Shown: positions 48,917 through 59,577 of the stretch, piece by piece
How positions within the stretch are numbered: the first letter of the stretch is position 1
Layout: each line of letters begins with the position of its first letter
Virus record (IMG/VR): IMGVR_UViG_3300042892_002922
Coordinates: 160,001-224,000 of that record
Source of the DNA: a virus
Lineage: Duplodnaviria > Caudoviricetes
DNA length: 64,000 nt
Direction: 5' to 3' (one strand)
The notes under the pieces: model-generated
Told to the model about the DNA's origin: nothing
The model's database searches: none
What the model saw: only the letters and a program-made list of their open reading frames with translations
Position numbers and translations under genes: made by a program

Positions 48917-50300
48917 AAAATTAGGTATTATAGTTCCATACCGAAATCGGTATGAGCATTTAGAAGTGTTTAAAGAAAAAATACCCGCGTATTTTAAAAA
49001 ATTAGACATCCCTTATGAAATTATAGTTGTTAATCAGGATAACGCTAAACTTTTTAATCGTGGTATGCTTTTAAACATTGGATTTAAACGAGCAGAAAAA
49101 TTAAAATGTGATTATGTAGTTTTTCATGATGTTGATATGATACCGTTAAACGTTGATTATACTTACTCCAATGTCCCATTACATTTAGCAAGTAATTTTA
49201 TAAAACCAAAAGAAACGTTTGATTCTTATTTTGGTGGCGTAACATTATTTCCAATGGATTTATTTAAAAAAGTTAATGGTTATTCAAACAAATATTGGGG
49301 ATGGGGCTACGAAGACACTGATTTACTTTTACGCTGTGTTAAAAAGAATATTTCATTAAACGAAGTTAAACTAATTAATCAAACACCTAAAACTAAGGCA
49401 TTAAAATTTAATGGTATTAATTCATACGTAAAAAGTAAAAACAACATTAATTTAAATAAAAACCAAACAATTTTTATTTCATTTTACCCTAATAAAACAA
49501 CATTTGACCACACAAAACCTGTTGATGATTACAATGCATTCACAATTCCAGGTTACGACACAGCTTTTAGTTATAATTCTTTTCAAAGGTACAATTTTTG
49601 TACATTTGATTATAAGAATAATGCATTATATGCTAATTCAAAAATAAAGACGGAGTATAAAACAAATATGTGTGTGACGATTGATTTTTATTCAAACGAA
49701 ATATTGGTATATCAAGACGGTATTTTGGTCGATAAAATTAAAGGGTTAAGGAAGTTAATGAATTATAAAAAAGAACCATTTTTTTATTTAGGTGTAGGTG
49801 ATCCGGAAAGATTGGATAATGCTAAATTTTTTAAAGGTTATATTGATTCATTTGCGATAATACCTGAGATATTAAATGAAAAGGAAATATTTGATTTATC
49901 ACAAAATCCAAGTTATGTTTTGAACAAAGTTCAAGAATCTTTGGACATATATTATGATGCTAATTTTATTGAAGGGTATAAATTAGTTGATTTATCAGGT
50001 AATGATAATCTTGGTGAAATTGTTAATTGTGAAATTGTTGACTTAGAAGTCGACGAACATAAATCACTTAAAATTCCACACAGAAGAGATTGCACATTTT
50101 ATTTACTAGAACATGAAGAAAATGGATTCCAAGACAATAGATGGAAAACCGATGCCACAAGATGGAATCAATTAAGATACCACAATGAAGTATCAATGAA
50201 TGATGAACTATTAGAAAATGATGGATTATCTGACTTAGAATATATAGAACACGGCATAGAAGTCGTAGATAACATAACACAAATTAACGTTGGAATATGA
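48909..50300 (+). CDS. GT7 (beta-1,4-galactosyltransferase-like) glycosyltransferase with inserted LamG-like domain
   Basis: IIVPYRNR, FNRGMLLNIG, FHDVD, YFGGV, WGWGYEDTD; insertion with FFKGYIDSFAI before the C-terminal His motif. Confidence 0.82.
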   Translation: MVKKLGIIVPYRNRYEHLEVFKEKIPAYFKKLDIPYEIIVVNQDNAKLFNRGMLLNIGFKRAEKLKCDYVVFHDVDMIPLNVDYTYSNVPLHLASNFIKPKETFDSYFGGVTLFPMDLFKKVNGYSNKYWGWGYEDTDLLLRCVKKNISLNEVKLINQTPKTKALKFNGINSYVKSKNNINLNKNQTIFISFYPNKTTFDHTKPVDDYNAFTIPGYDTAFSYNSFQRYNFCTFDYKNNALYANSKIKTEYKTNMCVTIDFYSNEILVYQDGILVDKIKGLRKLMNYKKEPFFYLGVGDPERLDNAKFFKGYIDSFAIIPEILNEKEIFDLSQNPSYVLNKVQESLDIYYDANFIEGYKLVDLSGNDNLGEIVNCEIVDLEVDEHKSLKIPHRRDCTFYLLEHEENGFQDNRWKTDATRWNQLRYHNEVSMNDELLENDGLSDLEYIEHGIEVVDNITQINVGI

Positions 50301-51727
50301 ATCATAAATTAGGTATTTGTGTACCATATAGAGATAGAAAAGAACACCTTGATAGATTAATCCCACATTTATCTAAACATTTAGATTCCCAAGGAATTGA
50401 TTATAAATTTTATGTTGCACATCAAGTAGATGATAAACTTTTTAACAGAGGTGCAATGAAAAATATTGCAGCTAAACACGCATTAGAAGATGGTTGTGAT
50501 TATATTGCTTGGCACGACGTGGATATGTTGACGTTTGAAGATAGTGATTATTCATATCCAGAAGAAACTCCGATTCATATTGCAACTATGCTGTCAAAAT
50601 ACAATTATGGTATAAACTATGATCAATACTTTGGCGGAGTAGTGTTGTTTAATAAAGAACATTTAGAAAAAACAAATGGGTACTCAAACGACTATTGGGA
50701 TTGGGGTATGGAAGACGATGATTTGTTTTGGAGATGTTATTATGAAAATTATACAACAGGAAAAATAAAACGTTCATATACCAATAAACAATACGCGGAA
50801 TTTAATGGCGTTACATCTAAAATAGAAATACCAAGTACTAGGGAATTAGTTAATTTATTACATAATGACCACACAATTTCTATTTTATTTAATGCGGAAC
50901 AACAACAAGAAAAGGTTCCAATTTGGATGATTGGTGATGAACAAAAGCGCTTCATTGAATACCCCATATTTAGAAAAACCGGAGGGTATAATTACGGTTT
51001 ATCTTTTAATAATTCTAGGGCAGTTACAATGTGTTTGTTTAACGAAAGGAGACAAACAATCTACAATTGGCTGAAAAGATTTGAAAACATGTGGACGTGG
51101 GTTACACTGACATATAATAAAGAAGAGGAACGAATATTCTTTTATCTAAATGATGAATTTGGTAGGAATATGAATGGAATCAAAGAAGACGCTTATTTCC
51201 CAGCGTTTGGTAAACTTCTTAGGTACAATACAACAACCCCATTTTATTTAGGGCATGATTCAGACATGAACACATTCTTTAAGGGTAAAATAGCCGAAAT
51301 TAAGATATATGACAAGTTTTTTCCACACGTTGATATCGGTCAAGTGTTTGATACTGAGAAAGATGGATTAATTTTACACCACGATTTCTCAAATAGAGAA
51401 AATAATATTATATTTGATAATGTGGATGCTCACGAATGCATTGGAATCGATATTGTTTATGGTTCAGAGGATGTTGATGTGATTGAAAACGTAGTGCCAT
51501 TTAGACGAGAGGGTAAATTTTATTGTTTACCACACGTAGATGAGGGGTTTGTTGCTGGAAGGTGGGCTAAGGGTGAAACCACAGCTAAAAACGAAAAAAG
51601 ATTTGTTACAGAAATGCAACAGAAAAAAATAAATTACAAAGACGATGGGTTGTCAACATTAAAATATGAATTGGTTAGCGTTGAAAACTATAGTGACAAA
51701 TGTGTAATGATAAACACAAAATTATAA
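50297..51727 (+). CDS. GT7-like glycosyltransferase with inserted LamG-like domain (paralog)
   Basis: ICVPYRDR, FNRGAMKN, WHDVD, YFGGV, WDWGMEDDD; insertion with WTWVTLTYN and FFKGKIAEIKIYD. Confidence 0.82.
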   Translation: MNHKLGICVPYRDRKEHLDRLIPHLSKHLDSQGIDYKFYVAHQVDDKLFNRGAMKNIAAKHALEDGCDYIAWHDVDMLTFEDSDYSYPEETPIHIATMLSKYNYGINYDQYFGGVVLFNKEHLEKTNGYSNDYWDWGMEDDDLFWRCYYENYTTGKIKRSYTNKQYAEFNGVTSKIEIPSTRELVNLLHNDHTISILFNAEQQQEKVPIWMIGDEQKRFIEYPIFRKTGGYNYGLSFNNSRAVTMCLFNERRQTIYNWLKRFENMWTWVTLTYNKEEERIFFYLNDEFGRNMNGIKEDAYFPAFGKLLRYNTTTPFYLGHDSDMNTFFKGKIAEIKIYDKFFPHVDIGQVFDTEKDGLILHHDFSNRENNIIFDNVDAHECIGIDIVYGSEDVDVIENVVPFRREGKFYCLPHVDEGFVAGRWAKGETTAKNEKRFVTEMQQKKINYKDDGLSTLKYELVSVENYSDKCVMINTKL

Positions 51728-51728
51728 A

Positions 51729-53144
51729 ATGGCGAAGAAAAAAATCAATAAGGGTGAGAATCCTTTATATGTTGAAACAAAAGACAAACTAGACAAAATA
51801 GGTCCGGGCATGTGTTTGGCAAAATGGACACAAGTTACGATACATTTACAAAATGGTCATAACCACTCTTGCCATCACCCTACGACTCATAAAATATCTG
51901 ATAAGGAAATTATAAGAAACCCATCAGCTCTACATAATACTCGATATAAGAAAGAGAAAAGAAGAGAAATGTTGGATGGTAAAAGACCTGAAGAATGTGA
52001 TTATTGCTGGAGCGTAGAAGATAACTCTGATAGATTCTCTGATCGTGTTTTCAAGTCAAGTGAGAAATGGTCTTTACCACACTATGATGCAATTGCAAAT
52101 TCTGACTGGAGAGATGACATCAACCCAAAGTATGTTGAGGTAGCATTTTCCAATGCGTGCAACTTTAAATGTTCATATTGCGCACCACAGTTCTCGTCAC
52201 AATGGACGGCTGAAATTGAAAAATTTGGTGGTTACAAAACAAGCACAAAGTTTAATGACCCAGAGCACATGTTAAGGGAAAACACCAAGCCGTTCTTACA
52301 TACGGATAGTAATCCATACGTTGATGCTTTTTGGAAATGGTGGCCGGATTTATATCGTGACTTATATACGTTTAGAATCACTGGAGGAGAACCGCTATTA
52401 TCAAAAGATACTTGGGGTGTTTTAGATTATATCATAGAACAAAAAGAACCAAATAGAGAATTGAATTTAGCTATTAATTCAAATCTAGGTGTGCCAGATA
52501 AATTGATAGATGAATTTATTGAAAAAATATCAAGAATTACCGAAGAAAATCGTGTAAAAGAATTTGTTATTTTCACATCATGCGATGCCTGGGGAGAACA
52601 AGCTGAGTACATTAGAAATGGTTTAGTGTTTAACAGGTTTTGGGATAATGTAAACAAAATACTTACTAAATGTCCTAGAGTAACTCTAACATTTATGGTG
52701 ACATATAATGCGTTATCTGTGTTCTCATTTAATAAGTTAATTAAAGGGGTCTATGATTTAAAAAACCAATATGGTTCCAATCAAAGATATTGGGATTCAG
52801 CGGTTTTCTTGGACACATCATACCTAAGATACCCATTCCATCAAGCAGTTCAAGTGTTGCCATATCAATTTTCTAATAATGTTTTAGAACAAGCAATTAA
52901 TGCTGAGTTCTTAGGTACATTGGAATTTACAAATGACTATATTGGTTACACCGATATTGAAATTCAAAAATTAAAAAGGACATATGATTGGATGATATCA
53001 CCACAAGATGCTAATAAACAAATGGCAAATAGAAAAGATTTTCACACGTTTTTTACTGAACATGATAGAAGACGTGGGACCGATTTCCTTAAAACCTTTC
53101 CAGAACTAGAAGAGTTCTATAACTTTTGTGGAACCATAAAATAA
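51729..53144 (+). CDS. Radical SAM protein with N-terminal SPASM/twitch-like Cys cluster
   Basis: CNFKCSYC, ITGGEPLL, INSNL; N-terminal CLAKW...SCHH...CDYCW. Confidence 0.88.
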   Translation: MAKKKINKGENPLYVETKDKLDKIGPGMCLAKWTQVTIHLQNGHNHSCHHPTTHKISDKEIIRNPSALHNTRYKKEKRREMLDGKRPEECDYCWSVEDNSDRFSDRVFKSSEKWSLPHYDAIANSDWRDDINPKYVEVAFSNACNFKCSYCAPQFSSQWTAEIEKFGGYKTSTKFNDPEHMLRENTKPFLHTDSNPYVDAFWKWWPDLYRDLYTFRITGGEPLLSKDTWGVLDYIIEQKEPNRELNLAINSNLGVPDKLIDEFIEKISRITEENRVKEFVIFTSCDAWGEQAEYIRNGLVFNRFWDNVNKILTKCPRVTLTFMVTYNALSVFSFNKLIKGVYDLKNQYGSNQRYWDSAVFLDTSYLRYPFHQAVQVLPYQFSNNVLEQAINAEFLGTLEFTNDYIGYTDIEIQKLKRTYDWMISPQDANKQMANRKDFHTFFTEHDRRRGTDFLKTFPELEEFYNFCGTIK

Positions 53145-53149
53145 TAACT

Positions 53150-53884
53150 ATGAATTTAACAGTTAAACATAAGAAACCGTATTCAATTGTTCCATTAGAC
53201 AAATACAATATTTGTAAATACACCGCAAACCCTGTAATGAATGAAAAATCTTACACGTTATTTGTTGATGTTAAAATAAATAAAGATGAGTGTGATAAAG
53301 AAGCTGGAATAATTGTTAGACCAGGTATGCACGCTGGGTTTTTATTTGCACAACCTAATCTTCTAAAGTTTGGTTTCTGGTTTTTTAAAAACGATGAACC
53401 AATTTATAAAGAGGTTTTCAAATTATTAACTGACGATGATTTTGATGAACATTTGTTTTGTGTAGCAACCGATGACGCAGATACAAAGATTATAAAAGTA
53501 TACGTTAATAGCAATTTAATTGGTGAGATTGATTACAGTGAATATGATAGAAAACACAGCTACGTTGGTACACCTTATTATTTTGGTGTTGCTAATCCAT
53601 TCTTAGTTGCTAGACCTTTTGATTATTATGGTTCATTTAATTATAGATTTGCGGGTTTATTAGATGTGGTTGTTGACGATATTGAGGAATTAAAACAAAT
53701 ACAGGAGCACATTACAGTACATCCAAGATTAGAATATAATATCTTCAAAGAAGATTATAAATATAAACCAAATTTTGTATTTTACTTTGATTTTGAAAAC
53801 CAAAGCAATTACAAGGTCTGGGATGTTTCTGAGAACAATAATTTTCTATGCAGGATTTTAGATAGAGACAATAATTTAATTTAA
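53150..53884 (+). CDS. Stand-alone LamG-like domain protein
   Basis: KVYVNSNLIGE, YYFGVANP; resembles the GT7 insertions; ATG at 53150. Confidence 0.5.
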   Translation: MNLTVKHKKPYSIVPLDKYNICKYTANPVMNEKSYTLFVDVKINKDECDKEAGIIVRPGMHAGFLFAQPNLLKFGFWFFKNDEPIYKEVFKLLTDDDFDEHLFCVATDDADTKIIKVYVNSNLIGEIDYSEYDRKHSYVGTPYYFGVANPFLVARPFDYYGSFNYRFAGLLDVVVDDIEELKQIQEHITVHPRLEYNIFKEDYKYKPNFVFYFDFENQSNYKVWDVSENNNFLCRILDRDNNLI

Positions 53885-53892
53885 TATATTTT

Positions 53893-54522
53893 ATGATTAA
53901 GAATTTAGAACAATACAAAATTGTTAAAGACCCACAATATACCAAAGAAGATTTGGTTAATTTTGAAACCTTAATTAGTGAACACTGGGAAGGTGGTAAG
54001 ATTAGAGGACCAGTGCATTTATCTGACGGTAACGAAGAACCGTTAATTGAAATTTTTAAAAGAGTAAAAAAAACCGACTGGGTATTTTCAACTTGGCGAT
54101 CACACTACCATGCATTACTCAAAGGTATTTGTCCTGTTTGGTTAGAAGAAGAAATCTTGGCCGGTAAGTCAATTACTATTTGTAACATACCAGAAAGATT
54201 TTACGCATCAGCAATCGTTGGCGGTATACTACCAATCGCTTTAGGTGTTGCAAAAGGAATTAAAATGAGTGGTGGAGATGAAAAGGTTTGGTGTTGTATT
54301 GGTGATATGACATTTGAAAGTGGATTATTTTATGAAGTCCACAAATACGCTAGACGTTTTGATTTACCATTGCACTTTATTGTTGAGGATAATGATAAAT
54401 CAACCAACACACCTACATTATCAACGTGGAAAGAAAAACGCGAATTACCAGATGATGTGATATATTACAAATATGAATCAAAATACCCTCATTATGGAAC
54501 TGGAAAGTGGATTAACTTTTAA
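53893..54522 (+). CDS. ThDP-dependent dehydrogenase E1 alpha-like subunit (short)
   Basis: GPVHLSDGNEE, STWRSHYHAL, IGDM...EDN ThDP-binding motif; 209 aa. Confidence 0.85.
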   Translation: MIKNLEQYKIVKDPQYTKEDLVNFETLISEHWEGGKIRGPVHLSDGNEEPLIEIFKRVKKTDWVFSTWRSHYHALLKGICPVWLEEEILAGKSITICNIPERFYASAIVGGILPIALGVAKGIKMSGGDEKVWCCIGDMTFESGLFYEVHKYARRFDLPLHFIVEDNDKSTNTPTLSTWKEKRELPDDVIYYKYESKYPHYGTGKWINF

Positions 54523-55885
54523 AATAGCTTATGACTATTGGAATCCAATTACAAATATGCCCTTCCCTAACGGATGGGCAAAATTTTTAAGAGAGGATTT
54601 TATTGAAAATGGTAAGCACAACCCACAGTACCAATATTCATCAACACATAGCGAACTTAACAATCAGTTTAAGTATAGAAATAGAGAAGACGTTGGTGGA
54701 ATCCACATCATAACCGAAAAATATGACGAGGATATCACCTATTTCTATTTACTAGAGGGTGTGGGATGTGATTTCCGCCTTTTCATGGATATTAGTCAGG
54801 ATAATCGATATAGCACACTCCTTATTAAAAATATGAGCCCTAAGGCGCTTAAAATGGCTCAGGATGGGCAGTTAAAAATTGTTATTAACTATTCACACGA
54901 ACCTATAGGTGATGATTTGTTATTTGACCTAATTGGTGAGTTCTGTTCTAGAAATGGAATACTAGAAGAAAATATTATGTTTTTCACTGGATGTATGAAT
55001 ATCAATCATTTGTGTCAACAAAGTTTATCAAAATACAAGTTTAAAGTTTATACGGATAATGTTGTTATGTCAACTTCTGGACAATCACTTAGGAATCTGA
55101 TGGATGGCGGAAAACATAACGAATTAAACTATGAAACGACCTTAATAACGGAATCTGAAATTAAAACAGACGTTAGAGATAAACATTTTATTTGTTTAAA
55201 TAGAAATAGCCATAAAGGACATCGATTAAATCTTGGATTGTTTGTTGAAAGTGAAAATCTATGGGATAAATTCTATATTAGTTTTTTAGAGGATCTTAAA
55301 TCACATGATAGAATCCATAACACCACACACGGGTTTAGAAATATGGAGTTTAGAAATCGATTACTAGACGCATTACCTGATTTTATAAAAAAAACACCAT
55401 TAGAGCTTGATACACAATCACTTAATGATGAACAAAGAATGTGTTTTAGTGTTGTGAGAGCGTATCGTAAAGATTTATATCTGAACAGTTACATTTACGT
55501 GGTTACAGAAACCAAATTTGATAAACATATCTATTTTTCAGAGAAAATCTGTAATCCAATGATAGTTCTACAACCGTTTATTGTATTTGGCGCTGCACAC
55601 TTCTTAAAATACCTTAAAAAACTTGGATTCAAAACATTTAGTCCGTTTATCGATGAGACATATGATGATGAAGAAAATGACGAAAAAAGATTGATGTTAC
55701 TATGTAATTTAATCAAAAAATTAAGTAAATTGGATAGGTTAGAAATACATGAATGGTATAACTCTATCAAGGACATATTAGTCCATAATAGAACCTTACT
55801 TTATCAAATGTCGTTCAATAATAACTTCGAAAATAGGTTTATAGAAACTTTAAATTATGAAAAAAATATTAGTAACAGGGTGTAA
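54494..55885 (+). CDS. Putative glycosyltransferase, remote GT10-like
   Basis: YLNSYIYVVTET...SEKICNPM...QPFIVFG C-terminal motif; paralog of 61272. Confidence 0.45.
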   Translation: MELESGLTFKIAYDYWNPITNMPFPNGWAKFLREDFIENGKHNPQYQYSSTHSELNNQFKYRNREDVGGIHIITEKYDEDITYFYLLEGVGCDFRLFMDISQDNRYSTLLIKNMSPKALKMAQDGQLKIVINYSHEPIGDDLLFDLIGEFCSRNGILEENIMFFTGCMNINHLCQQSLSKYKFKVYTDNVVMSTSGQSLRNLMDGGKHNELNYETTLITESEIKTDVRDKHFICLNRNSHKGHRLNLGLFVESENLWDKFYISFLEDLKSHDRIHNTTHGFRNMEFRNRLLDALPDFIKKTPLELDTQSLNDEQRMCFSVVRAYRKDLYLNSYIYVVTETKFDKHIYFSEKICNPMIVLQPFIVFGAAHFLKYLKKLGFKTFSPFIDETYDDEENDEKRLMLLCNLIKKLSKLDRLEIHEWYNSIKDILVHNRTLLYQMSFNNNFENRFIETLNYEKNISNRV

Positions 55886-57761
55886 CGGTTTGGTAGGTAC
55901 ACATTTAGTTAAGAAATGCACAAACATGGGCTATGACGTTATTGGTGTAGACATTACCCCAGTAACCAATTTACAAAATGTAAATAACTTTAAGTTTATC
56001 CAAGCGGATTTAACGAAAGGAGATGTCATTGAGCAAATTTTTAATGAAAATAACTTAGATGCAGTGTTTAACACTTTTGGTGTTAAAGGTTCACCGTTAA
56101 AGGCGAAAAATCAGCCAGTATCTTTTTTATATCCATCATTTAAAATTAACACAGAGATTATTAACCAATGTGCTAAAAAACAAATTTGGTTAGTGTTTGT
56201 AAGTTCTGTTGGGGTATATGCACCTGCTGAAAAATTTGTTGAGGATACCGTATGGAGCACTTTACCATCTGATGCGGATTGGTTCCCATCTTGGAGCAAA
56301 AGAATGGGTGAACTTTTATTAGAAGCATATAAGGTTCAATACAATTATAATAATTGGGCTATTATTCGCCCAGCAAATATTTTTGGTGAGTATGATGATT
56401 TTGAAGGTAACGGAACAGTAATTGCATCCACAATTAAAAAGGTATTTGAAGCTAATAATGAAATTGAAGCATGGGGCGATGGTACACCAATCAGAGATTT
56501 TGTATATGCTGGTGATGTTGCAGATGCTATTATAGATTTATACTTAAACGACAAGCGCATCACAGTTAACTTCGGTGCCGGTGAAGAAATTACTATCAAA
56601 CAAATGATTGATACCGTTATCAAGGTAAGCGGTAAATCGTTGGCTGTTAAATGGGATTCAAGTAAACCTAATGGTGATATGAGAAGACAAATGGATATCA
56701 CCAAACAAAAGGAAAATAATTTATTACCAAAATTAGGTTTTGAAAATGCGATAAGTGAAACCTATTCACATTATAAAAAAACACAACAAATGATAACTAA
56801 AAATTCTAAGATACTAATCACCGGTGGATCTGGATTAGTGGGCCAAAACTTAACCAATAAATTAGTTAGTGAGGGCTACAGAGATATTCGCGTAACAATA
56901 CACAGAAAAATGCCAAGAATACAACATCCTAATGTTGAATATCTAATGATTGATTTAGAAACAAGAGAAGGTGCTTTAGAAGCCACTAAAAATGTTGATG
57001 CGGTGTTTCATTGCGCGGCATCCACATCTAATGCGGTAGATACTGTTGTTGATCCGTTGGCGCACGTTACACCGAATGTGGCGATGAATAATTTTCTTAT
57101 TGACGCCGCCTGGAGAAATAAAGTTAAAAAATATATCTTCTTATCGTCAAATACAATATACCCACCAAAAGGTGATGAACCAGTGGTTGAAACCGATTTT
57201 GTATTCAGTGACATTTACCCAGTTTATTTCCCAGTCGGTTGGATGAAAAGATATGCGGAAATTCAATGTGAATTATATTCCAAATACCTACCAGAAAAGA
57301 TGGTTACAGTTATTGTTAGACCAGCAAATCTTTTTGGACCACATGACAAATATGATTTCAATAAATGTCATGTAACACCAGCAACAATCAGAAAGGTTGC
57401 AGATAAACTGAATCCAATACCAGTATGGGGTGATGGGTTAGAAGTTAGAGATTTATTATTCATTGATGACTTTGTTGACGCGTTATTATTAATCTTAGAG
57501 AAACAAGAAACACACGATGTGTTCAATGTTGGTTCAAATAAGGGGTATACCGTAAATGATGTGTTAACAACAATGAAAAACATTGCAGAATATGATGCAC
57601 CAATTGAATATGTTCAAGGAAAACCATCAATGATTCCTGTTAGATATATTGATTCAAATAAAATTAATAAAGTACTTGGTTGGGAACCTAAAACAGAACT
57701 ATCTGTTGGACTTAAAAAGGCGTACGATTGGTATTTAACAAATAGAGAAGAATTTAATTAA
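55857..57761 (+). CDS. Tandem double NAD-dependent epimerase/dehydratase (GDP-L-fucose synthase-like x2)
   Basis: Two complete extended-SDR units: TGCNGLVG...RPANIFG...WGDGTPIRDF and TGGSGLVG...RPANLFG...WGDGLEVRDL. Confidence 0.88.
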   Translation: MKKILVTGCNGLVGTHLVKKCTNMGYDVIGVDITPVTNLQNVNNFKFIQADLTKGDVIEQIFNENNLDAVFNTFGVKGSPLKAKNQPVSFLYPSFKINTEIINQCAKKQIWLVFVSSVGVYAPAEKFVEDTVWSTLPSDADWFPSWSKRMGELLLEAYKVQYNYNNWAIIRPANIFGEYDDFEGNGTVIASTIKKVFEANNEIEAWGDGTPIRDFVYAGDVADAIIDLYLNDKRITVNFGAGEEITIKQMIDTVIKVSGKSLAVKWDSSKPNGDMRRQMDITKQKENNLLPKLGFENAISETYSHYKKTQQMITKNSKILITGGSGLVGQNLTNKLVSEGYRDIRVTIHRKMPRIQHPNVEYLMIDLETREGALEATKNVDAVFHCAASTSNAVDTVVDPLAHVTPNVAMNNFLIDAAWRNKVKKYIFLSSNTIYPPKGDEPVVETDFVFSDIYPVYFPVGWMKRYAEIQCELYSKYLPEKMVTVIVRPANLFGPHDKYDFNKCHVTPATIRKVADKLNPIPVWGDGLEVRDLLFIDDFVDALLLILEKQETHDVFNVGSNKGYTVNDVLTTMKNIAEYDAPIEYVQGKPSMIPVRYIDSNKINKVLGWEPKTELSVGLKKAYDWYLTNREEFN

Positions 57762-58798
57762 TGAAATACGTACTAACATCTGGATGCTCATTTACTAGGA
57801 TAGGTTTCTTTAACGGAATGTCAGTTACTAGTGATTTTAAACAAATCCACAAACAAGGCAATCCTAACCTTTTTAAATGGACTGATTGGTTACAAGAATC
57901 ATTGGGTGAGGAGTATTCTGTAATCAACCTAGCGTCACAAACAAATGATAATGTTACAATCTCTAGAACAATATTTTATTGGGTTAACGAGTTAATGAGT
58001 AAGGGTGTTAACCCAGAAGATATTCATGTGATTATTCAATGGAGCACACCACAAAGAACCAATTTTTATGTACCAAAGGATAAATTGCCGAGAGGTAAAG
58101 AATACTATGGACATACTAGTCATTATTTAAAAAATGATGACATATATGACAATGGTGTTTTTTATTTGAGTGGTGGATTTAATTTACAAGATGCTAGTGA
58201 GAAGTTTAAAATTAGAGAATTATTAAAGGAGTACATCTATTATTATGGCAGTGATAGAGGTATGGTTAATCAAACGCTTGCTTGGTTGGAAAACTGGTCA
58301 AATCTTAAATTATTTTTTGATAAACATAAGATAAAAAATAACTACATTTCAATGTGTGATATTTTATCTGAATCTATGCAAAGAACTGGTTTTGGATTTT
58401 ACGCTGGACTTAAAGAGCACGAGTTTGAACGCGCTGTTTTGGATGAGAAACTAATTGCAGATACAAGCAAGGATCAATGTTGGTTAGAACAGAATGAGTT
58501 ATTTAGACCGTATATAAATAACATAGGGCTATATGATGATTTTTGGTTATTTAAAACGCCTACACACAAGTATGGTGGATTATTAGAATGGACAATAAAA
58601 AATTATGATAAGGTTAATCTAGAAAAATACGTTAATTTTAACGAACACCAATTAGATGTTACAATCTATGAAGAATGTATTCAACAGAAAATTAATGAAA
58701 GAGATTATTTAAAATCCGGAAGATGGTACGGACATACATCATCAATAATGGCTAGAAAATTTGTAATTGAGGAATTACTACCAACATTAAATTTGTAA
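57761..58798 (+). CDS. SGNH/GDSL-hydrolase-like hypothetical protein
   Basis: LTSGCSFT block I-like motif, NLASQTNDN, C-terminal GHTS. Confidence 0.5.
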   Translation: MKYVLTSGCSFTRIGFFNGMSVTSDFKQIHKQGNPNLFKWTDWLQESLGEEYSVINLASQTNDNVTISRTIFYWVNELMSKGVNPEDIHVIIQWSTPQRTNFYVPKDKLPRGKEYYGHTSHYLKNDDIYDNGVFYLSGGFNLQDASEKFKIRELLKEYIYYYGSDRGMVNQTLAWLENWSNLKLFFDKHKIKNNYISMCDILSESMQRTGFGFYAGLKEHEFERAVLDEKLIADTSKDQCWLEQNELFRPYINNIGLYDDFWLFKTPTHKYGGLLEWTIKNYDKVNLEKYVNFNEHQLDVTIYEECIQQKINERDYLKSGRWYGHTSSIMARKFVIEELLPTLNL

Positions 58799-58800
58799 AA

Positions 58801-59577
58801 ATGAATACATTAATTGAAAATGGTTACATAATCGAAGATGCTAAAGATTTACTATCTGAAGAACATTTTAAAGAATTAGACACGTTATGTGATTCCATCA
58901 GTACATCCGAAAAAAAATACACAAAATTCTATGAATTTGAATATTGTTTTACAAAAGAAGACACAAGTTATTTTGGTTTAACTGGCGAAAATTCTAGTGT
59001 TAAATTTGTAGATAAAATTGATGTTGGTGATAGTCCAGAAAAAAAATTTTCAGTTAAAATGAAAAAAAAACTAATTCAAAAATACTTTGATTCGGTGCAA
59101 ACATATGCTGAAAGTTTTTATGAAATAGATAGGTTTTCTTATTTATGTGATAAAATGTCACATGCAATTGCTGACAAATATTATTCACATATTTTTAATT
59201 TAGATAATTTTAGAAAAAAAGAAATACACAGCACCACTAAAAGGATTGCAACATATGATGAAGATTGTCATATTGCTAAACATAAAGATGGTTTTAACAA
59301 TAAAAGGTTATTTGTTATTTTAGTATACCTAAATAAAGAATGGGAAGATACCAATGGTGGAGATTTAGTTATTTACTCTAAAAACAATGATAAAATTTCA
59401 TTAACACCAAAAGCCCCAAGCGTTTGTGTTTTAGATTTCACAAAAAATAATTTAGAACATGAGGTGTTAAAAGTTATAGATGGTACAAGATACACATATG
59501 TGTCTTTTTATGAGGTGTCAGAATCTTTAATGATAACAGACGAATGGAAAAAACACAAGATAAAAAAAATGATATAA
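58801..59577 (+). CDS. 2OG-Fe(II) oxygenase (prolyl 4-hydroxylase-like)
   Basis: HKD, ILVYLNKEW...GGDL, HEV and RY motifs. Confidence 0.82.
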   Translation: MNTLIENGYIIEDAKDLLSEEHFKELDTLCDSISTSEKKYTKFYEFEYCFTKEDTSYFGLTGENSSVKFVDKIDVGDSPEKKFSVKMKKKLIQKYFDSVQTYAESFYEIDRFSYLCDKMSHAIADKYYSHIFNLDNFRKKEIHSTTKRIATYDEDCHIAKHKDGFNNKRLFVILVYLNKEWEDTNGGDLVIYSKNNDKISLTPKAPSVCVLDFTKNNLEHEVLKVIDGTRYTYVSFYEVSESLMITDEWKKHKIKKMI

